From NCBI GenBank assembly GCA_051362555.1, contig CM120641.1, positions 46,010,401 to 46,074,400 of the forward strand: a stretch of 64,000 bases of DNA, written 5' to 3'. Shown here piece by piece: positions 56,798 through 64,000 of the stretch. The notes under the pieces are model-generated. The model ran no database searches and was not told where the DNA came from. It was given only the letters and a program-made list of their open reading frames with translations. Made by a program: the position numbers and the translations under genes. The stretch comes from Lingula anatina (Eukaryota > Animalia > Brachiopoda). Each line of letters opens with the position of its first letter. The stretch's first letter is position 1.

Positions 56798-59700
56798 ATG
56801 ATGGCAGTACATTGGTCAACTAGAGCAGCAGCATCCAGAATTCTACAGGGCACTCTTGGATCAGCAGCAACGAGACATGAAGAGAGTAAAATGATGCCAC
56901 ATGCCAGGGTCCAGCCTAAAGAAATATCAGATCTTCTTCCAAGAAAGGGGTTTAAGGCAACACATGTGGACGAATTCAAAAGTAAAAACACAGTTGTTAG
57001 AGCTGCTTTGAACAATTTGAACAGAAGAGAGACCAAGAATGACGGGTACTCCTGGATAGAACAATGGCTTTGGGATACCTCTGCCATAAATCCTGCTATG
57101 GATTCTGTAACAGTTCTTATTTCATCTATGAAAACCCACCCAAAACAACAAAACAAGACTAAGGCATGCAGTGATACACTTCAAGAAAAACCTGTGCGAA
57201 GAGTGATGCAGTTAAAAAGTGATTTTTGCCACATTGGTAGGACTAGCAATAAACTCTGTATGAGTACACAAAGAACTCTTGTGGATGGGATGCGTTCCAT
57301 CTGTTCCGTCTCAGGACCAAATGGTGACTCTTGCTTAAGGAATGAACATTTTGCAGGTACAGTGGGCTTGTTTTAATAGCCTTAGAGACCATTCCCAGAA
57401 ACTATCGTACTAACTTCAGACATGCTGAAACTGTTATCAACTTCAGCGACTTAGATGTCTTGCATTTTCATTGAAGCTGTTGGAGGGTAATTAACTATCG
57501 TTTAGCGGCCTCAGTAGGTATGCCAGACATCTAAGCCATTTAAGCTAAAAGCAATATAGCGAGAAACCCCTTGGGAGATGGGTCGATCCAGTTAGATCAA
57601 TCTAGGCATGGGAACCCAGTCTTAGTGATTGTAAAGCACCATTTTATCTGACACTGTTTTCAAAATAACTCTAGCAAAAAGACAATATGCTATCCTTGGT
57701 AATTAAAATGGTGGCTTGCGGTTAAGATGGGAAGTTGATGCAATTCCTTAATTAACCCGTCTACCTGCTCAACTGGGCAAATCACATTACTTGTGAATTG
57801 TAATTTGTATACCACTTGATGACAAGCCAATTATTTTATTCCTAGAATTAGTCTGAAGTCTCTATTGCTAGAGTCATCTTGAGTAGTGCTACTAAGACCC
57901 ACAATCCTCGGCCAGACTTTACTTAGATTGGTTGAAAGATTGTAGTTCACACACAAAAAATAAGGAAGTATTTCCACCTAATTTGTCCATCAGCAGTGAG
58001 ACTGAAGAATTATTTTATTCACTGTATGCATTCCAGAATTTATAGCTGAGAAGATAGTAGAGAGCCAGCTGGTGGACCTGGACAAAACTCTGGTTTTAGA
58101 TTGTGATCAAGGTATGCAAGTGAAAAATTTGACTGTATGGATAAATGGCCTCCCAGCAACATTTTCCCTACTGTTATTAGAGGAAACTGCCTTGATAGAT
58201 ATTAAATAAAGTATTGTTGAGCACCCCACCCCTTGTCATTAAATGTAAATAAACTGATTCTGAGCAAAACTATATATTTAGCATAACTCAAGAAAGTTAA
58301 TCTACTCTGTTGCTAAATTTATAAATAAACGGAATATGTACACAATATGACTTGTTGTTGGCAATAGATAAGCACATGTTTGTGAGTGAAATTGGTATCA
58401 TGAATTGTGTATATTGATTTTCTAAGAATAGAAAACTATTTACAGGGCATGGTCTCTTGAGTAGAAATCTGTTGAAGAAAGGGGTAGGCAGGGTTCATGG
58501 GTTAGTTCAGAAGTCTGCTGATTGTTCAGAACTGCAGGTGATTAAATTGAATTATCTTATTATCATTATAAGCAATAAATGAAAATGCCACAATACTTTA
58601 AAAACTTAATCATTCTTATCATCATCATCATAATTATTATTATTATTATTAGCCAATGTTATAATTAATTCTTCAAGTAACCGAGTATGTGTGGAAAACA
58701 GTTAATGGTTATAAATGTTTTTACTTGCAGACAGGGATGAGGCAACGTCGTGCATTTTACTATTTTATTTTCAGTTGCTAAAAAGTGAGAATAGTAGATA
58801 TGACTTTACAGAGAATGTGGTAGTCAACAGCGTAAAAGGAAAATCAATATTGCACTGCTTTGAAGATTTTAAAGAGAGGACGTGGACTGACGGTGGGCAG
58901 TGTTATATTAACAGTTAAACACACATGTCTAATACACTGCTGTATCCAAATCACTGTCACACCTAACACACACTGCATCTAAAACACTGTCACACCTAAC
59001 ACACTCTGCATCTAAAACACTGTCACACCTAACACACCGCTGTATCCAAAACACTGTCACACCTATAATAACTACAAACAACTTTCAGTGAAGATTGAAA
59101 CTGATTGTAATTGTGTATAGCTAAGTATATGGAATTGTTTGATATACATTTGAAGAGTAACTAGTTTTAATGGTTTAAGGTGATTGATGAAAATCAATTT
59201 TGTTTAGTATAAGGATTGTGTAGCTTATTTATTATTTTAACAAGTTGCAATAAGTCATTCTTGAATGAGGATGGAAAGTTTTGCTGCCTGTTATAAACTT
59301 TTATAATTTTCTTGCTAGGTTTAGTGATCTACTGGGGTGTTAAGAATAAAACAATGATTACAAAAATGCTCCTTAAATTTTGATTTCTGATAAAAACTAG
59401 TCATTGTAAGGAAATGAAATTTGATTAATATATACTACCAAATGATATTCTCTCTTGCAAAGAAAAAAGTTATTACACAATAACTTAAACAGTAGCCATG
59501 TATTTCAGATCCAGCATGGAGTTTGTTCTTGGGAGTGCTGAAAGGGCGGCCTATGTTGTTTCACCTTCCTCATAGCCTTTTGAACCAGGGATGGATGTTC
59601 TCATTTGGAAGGCCGCAGATATTTATACTTTTACGTAAAAAAGATTTGGAGGTATGAGATCAAAATCTGGATTCAGGGTCATTCAATAGTGTTTTCCCCT

Positions 59701-62351
59701 TAGTTACCCTCCCCCTAGGATTTATCCTTCTGTTTCAACTTTTATCCCTACGCAATAGTTTTGCCACTTGTTTTTGAACTATTTATATATCATCTGTCAA
59801 ATTGCATTTGTGTATTTTAACTTTGTGTTTGTAAAGAATATACACAGACAAAATATTTGTGAACAGATAATTTATTACAGAGAGGAAAATGCTGTGGAAT
59901 ACAGCAGTTTGGTGTGAAAGATATGACTGAAATTTGATTTTCGTTTCAAAATGTAACTGATTGAGGTGCATGGAAGTGGCTCATAAATAAGTTTTATTAA
60001 ATAATCTAATAATTTTTGTCTTTTTTAAACAAAACAAGTTAAAAGACTATTTGACCCTTTCATGGAGATTTTGTAGTGCATGCAAAAAAACTTTTTACTG
60101 TCCCACACTCCCTTTCTTATTTGAGTCATAATTTGGTGAAAGTATTCCATCAGATTTGCCAAGTAATGATACTTGTGACAGTTTTTTATTCAGCAAGTAA
60201 AATTTGAAATAGGAACTATGAAGCCAGCTCTCCCTGTATTTGTCCTTTCTGGTTAATGAATGTGACTGTATATTATGATGTGATATTTTAAACAGCACAT
60301 TTTTCTTTGTATTTCAGATCCTAGATTTATCATTTTTCCAAAAAAACCTCCGTATTTATTCTAAGAGTGCAGTTTTACTTGGCTTACTTTTTGACCATGA
60401 AATTATAACACAGGTGAGATTTCATTTATTTTGAATCTAATGTCTTGTGTTTATGGTGCATATTTTTTATAAATATATAATTGATTTTTCACTCATATTC
60501 TAGTTGCTAGAGATAAGAGGGTTGTGTATAAGTAACCATGTCTACTTGTATTTAACTAAATACATGTTGATATTGTCATTACCTCCGCCAAGGAGGTTAT
60601 GTTGTCACCCCTGTTTGTCTGTCTGTCATCAACATAACTCAAAAAGTTATGGACCGATTTTGATGAAATTTTCAGGAACTGTCAGAAGTGGGCCAAGAAA
60701 CAGATGATTAGTTTTTTTGTGGTCAATAACCAATCAATAATCAATAACAAAAAAATTGCTGCCTTTGTGGAGGACTGCGCTCTTGGAGTGCTTTCCTGGT
60801 TAAATAGTAATCTCACTTTTTTCCAAAATATTAAAGATATCTCATTATGTTATTTATTTATTATTTTATTATTATTTTTTGACAGGTTCCTGTCAGTTAT
60901 ATGCAGACAGTAGGAAACCTGAACCCACTAGAAAAAATAGAAGATGATGTAAGTTTATCTTTTTGAATATTTTTTCTTTTAATGTTGGAAGGCAGTAATA
61001 GTCTCTGTTAGGAGGACTTAAGAATTACTTTCTTTTAACCCCATTATTTATTTCCCCTCTGTCACATCTTATTTCATCACTGCCTTATTATTGCTTGTGA
61101 AAAGGGATAAAGAAAGGCAGTGACGCCTCATTTTGATTACTTAGAAGTGACAATTAGCTCCATGGAGGAGGGGGGGCATGAACAATGTGAGGAAGTTCTG
61201 ATGAATTGCCATATTTATATTTTGAGCTTATGTAAGTGACTGTTTTTTGTGTGGTCTAGTAAGGTTATACATGTTCCTACTTTTTTTGGTCAGTGGCAGT
61301 TTTATCACTCCTGCATTTTTTGTGATTAATTTAGGAAGTAGGCACCAGTTGTAAGCAGGAAGATGCCCTAAACTTGGTGAAATTTGTGCCAAGGAAACAG
61401 CTTCATTCCGAGGTGTGCACAGAGGAGCATTTCCTGGAGCTAGAGTTCTTTTTCCTGGAGCTTCTATCCAAGCCACGCTTGCCACTAGTATCCAAGATAG
61501 GGTATGGATAATGTTACCTTAAAAAAGATCAAATAAGTAATTGGAGTTAGTCGTATGTAGGCTAATTGCTTTAGTATTTTGCATGATTGCAATATGAATT
61601 AAAAATCCTGTTAATGGTTTCATTTAAGTGTGTGCACTTGTGTATTTTTGTGTATAATTCTATTTTTCAACACATCTAGACAACATGAAAAACCTTTTTC
61701 ATTGTTGTCTTTTATGTTTATAAATGCAAACTGTAATGCCTTCTTTGTTGTGGAAGGTAGAATTTCTTTGTCTTGATTTTGAAATGTGTACAGAACAGTG
61801 AGTAAAATGAAAACTTTCTTACAGATCCATGAATGCAGAGTTTGGTTTTGAGCTGGTCAAGAGAGGTTACTTCATGAACAAGACCATTGGCCAGTGCTCT
61901 CCTCTGGAACTACTGGACTTATTCAAAGTATGTATCTATTTAAGTTAATTGCTACAGAATGTTGAATAAGAAAATTAAGAAATAAGGTATTTAACAGATC
62001 GATGTGATCATTTATCTTCAACTTCCATCGTGAATTTTGAAACAAATAACAAATCTTTCTGGACAGTTTGAATAGTGACTTGCTAATAAATGAAGTTACT
62101 TTTACTTTATGTACTTTTATAACAGCTATTTTATATTTAGATTATTGAAGCTAACAAAGTATTAAAACTATAAAACCAAGAGGTGCAAATCACATATTAA
62201 CAAATTTTCACTTTCTGTGTATCAGTTACTCCTCTCCAGTCCAGCTTATGAACACTTAGGATTGCTTCCTAAAAATAAACCTGTACAAGAACAGTCTGCA
62301 GAAGTACCGTCACCTGCGGAAGTGCCATCACCTGCGGATGCTAAAGCTTAA
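56798..62351 (+). CDS. TFB2M: Mitochondrial transcription factor B2-like (dimethyladenosine transferase 2), about 513 aa, 10 coding exons
   Basis: Exons 56798-57356, 58037-58111, 58446-58537, 58775-58892, 59509-59651, 60318-60413, 60886-60948, 61335-61501, 61825-61927 and 62226-62351 (1542 nt, phases consistent). Transit-peptide-like N-term. VLDCDQGHGLLSRNLLKKG resembles TFB2M LLECNPGPGILTQALL; also RTWTDDP, MFSFGRPQIFIL, YSKSAVLLGLLFD and LVKFVPRKQL. Confidence 0.78.
58930..59066. repeat. Minisatellite of about 30-33 bp, about 4 copies
   Basis: acactgtcacacctaacaca..ctg(c/t)atc(t/c)aaa repeated in a TFB2M intron. Confidence 0.85.
60578..60800 (+). mobile_element. HINE/DINE-like Helentron-associated element (second copy)
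   Basis: attacctccgccaaggaggttatgttgtcacc...(gtct)n...aacataactcaaaaagttat...gcctttgtggagg...gcgctcttggagtgctttcctggtt; reverse complement of 22098-22350. Confidence 0.7.
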
Positions 62352-63399
62352 TTGCGAATAGATGTGTGAAAGGCTAGAAGCTGGAAAACAGAGGATGTGG
62401 AAGCAGAAAGAAATTTTGATGAGAAGGTTCTTTTGGAGGAATCATCATGGAAGGAATTCGTGAAGCACGTAATGATGAGAGAGGAATGACAGTTTGTGGT
62501 CAGAGCACAGTGACAAAATTTAATAGTTTCAAATACAGCATCTTCTGAATTGACACAGCAAGAGGTAAAATAAAAACTATTGGGAAAACAGAAAGCAAGA
62601 TTTAGCTGAATGTTTTTTTTTTTTTTTTTTTTTTTTACCTCAGACTAAAACAGAATTGATGTCAGATATTACAAAGAACCCCAGTTTGAATGGTAATGGG
62701 GAGTGAATGTAGATTTTGTGGTTCATTTACTTGAGCATGATATCTTTACATTTTATTGAATTGTTGCATTATTATTATTATTATCAGATAGCTTAGATAT
62801 TTCGTTTATATGTTATATAAAATTTCATTTAGAAACAAAGGGAGTGAACTGACAAGCATCTAATACATCTTAATCATTTCATCTTCACATAATACAACTG
62901 CTTTCTTTAAGGATGTTAACTTTCCATTATACCCTGTATATTCACAACTTACGGAAACTGCCGATAGGAAAGATGGAAGTTTAGGGAGTTGTCAACCTTG
63001 ATAAAAGGATAAAGATAGCATAATATGACTATTACTGATATTCTGAATTATTTTTCCTATTTATTTAAGTTTTCCAAAGGCTATTCCATCAAAATTGTTG
63101 GAGTGGGGTGGGAGCCTTTCCAATTCCATCCAATATACCTTTCTGTTGCTACCATGCAATACAGTCAATTTGCAGGCATTACCCTTGCACTTAAGTTGTT
63201 TGGTAATTTTAGTCCAAACTGCCTGTCCCACCAGTCATGACTGCTTGTAATGTCAGAGGCAAGATTTTTTATACCGCATGTCCATATGTAAAAATACAAT
63301 ACCCATCCTATGGTGTCCAAATCCTGTGACAGCATTGCTTTGTTTAGACCTGCACAGAATTGGGAGAACTTGCAGATTTCTTGTTGGTGAATATGATCA

Positions 63400-63610
63400 T
63401 TATATAAGTTTTTCACTTTTTACAAAAAACGTTGCCACTTGAATCATTGCAAATCGGTCATTAGAAGTCACCTTTCCATGAGTCCTGAATTGTTCTCTTT
63501 TGTTTGGTTGTCGTAATCTTTCTTATTTTGATTTCTTTCCTCAATTGTTTTTCTTTTGTTAACTTCTCTGTCGGACTTGATAAGAAGAAATTTTTCCATT
63601 TTTGACGGCC
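63400..63610 (-). pseudogene. Possible degraded N-terminus of a hAT/ZNF862-like transposase (TTF-type zinc finger)
   Basis: Across a frameshift and stops: MEKFL..KRKTIEERNQNKKDYD / KRTIQDSWKGDF**PICNDSSGNVFCKK*, resembling R.F..W...F.WL.......FCK.C. Confidence 0.3.
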
Positions 63611-64000
63611 CAAGATGAAAGCACGTGGGGAAAAAACTACACTTGACGCACGGCGTAAACTCATATGTTTACTCATAATTTTGGGACTCGAGAACACTGG
63701 ATATGTCAAAATAATGAAGCTGTTCAAATCTTACTTGTCATAGATGATACTGTGGAATTTATAAATGCAAACAGTTTCAAAGGGATTTCTGGAGTAATGC
63801 AAACAATTTGAAAGGGTTTTCTAGAGTATCTCTTTCCTCCTCTGCTTCCCTTGAGAGCCATGTTGTTTCAGACAATGTCAATTGTCCACTAATGGAAAAT
63901 GTTGCAGACTTTTAACCCCCACAAGTTTGCTTGCCCATTTAAATCATACCTTATCGAATGTTATATGATTTTCTGTGTCCATCGCATCCAACTGATGATT

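Overview
AT-rich, intron-containing animal genomic DNA. It is an invertebrate, probably a lophotrochozoan such as a mollusc (inferred from repeat types and protein families). I rebuilt the spliced gene models by hand from GT-AG sites and exon phase. Left to right: (1) a >2.39 kb exon for a Gly/Asn-rich, mucin-like single-pass membrane protein, running off the left edge and missed by the ORF track; (2) a 3-exon type-I membrane protein with an IgGFc-binding N-terminal domain, DNDCDG acidic motifs, a bacterial-adhesin-like 4-Cys repeat and a G/S/T/N/D stalk; (3) an intact tRNA-Leu(AAG); (4) an ARF-like GTPase with a duplicated last exon, 3'UTR and promoter; (5) Rab4, head-to-head with the ARF-like gene; (6) CCSAP, tail-to-tail with Rab4 as in human 1q42; (7) a 14-coding-exon MBD + AT-hook + PHD-like + F-box + LRR gene; (8) a TFB2M-like gene sharing a bidirectional promoter with it. 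Interspersed are MITEs, Helentron-type elements, minisatellites and a 46-bp-stem hairpin downstream of the Rab4 stop. The best candidate for an undescribed system is gene 7, a possible methyl-CpG-reading SCF adaptor that mirrors KDM2/FBXL19 and carries an MBD1-like ATF7IP motif. Next come the IgGFc-binding surface protein with possibly swappable stalk/TM exons and the ARF-like gene with a second terminal exon. No database searches were run; all homology calls are from recognised motifs.
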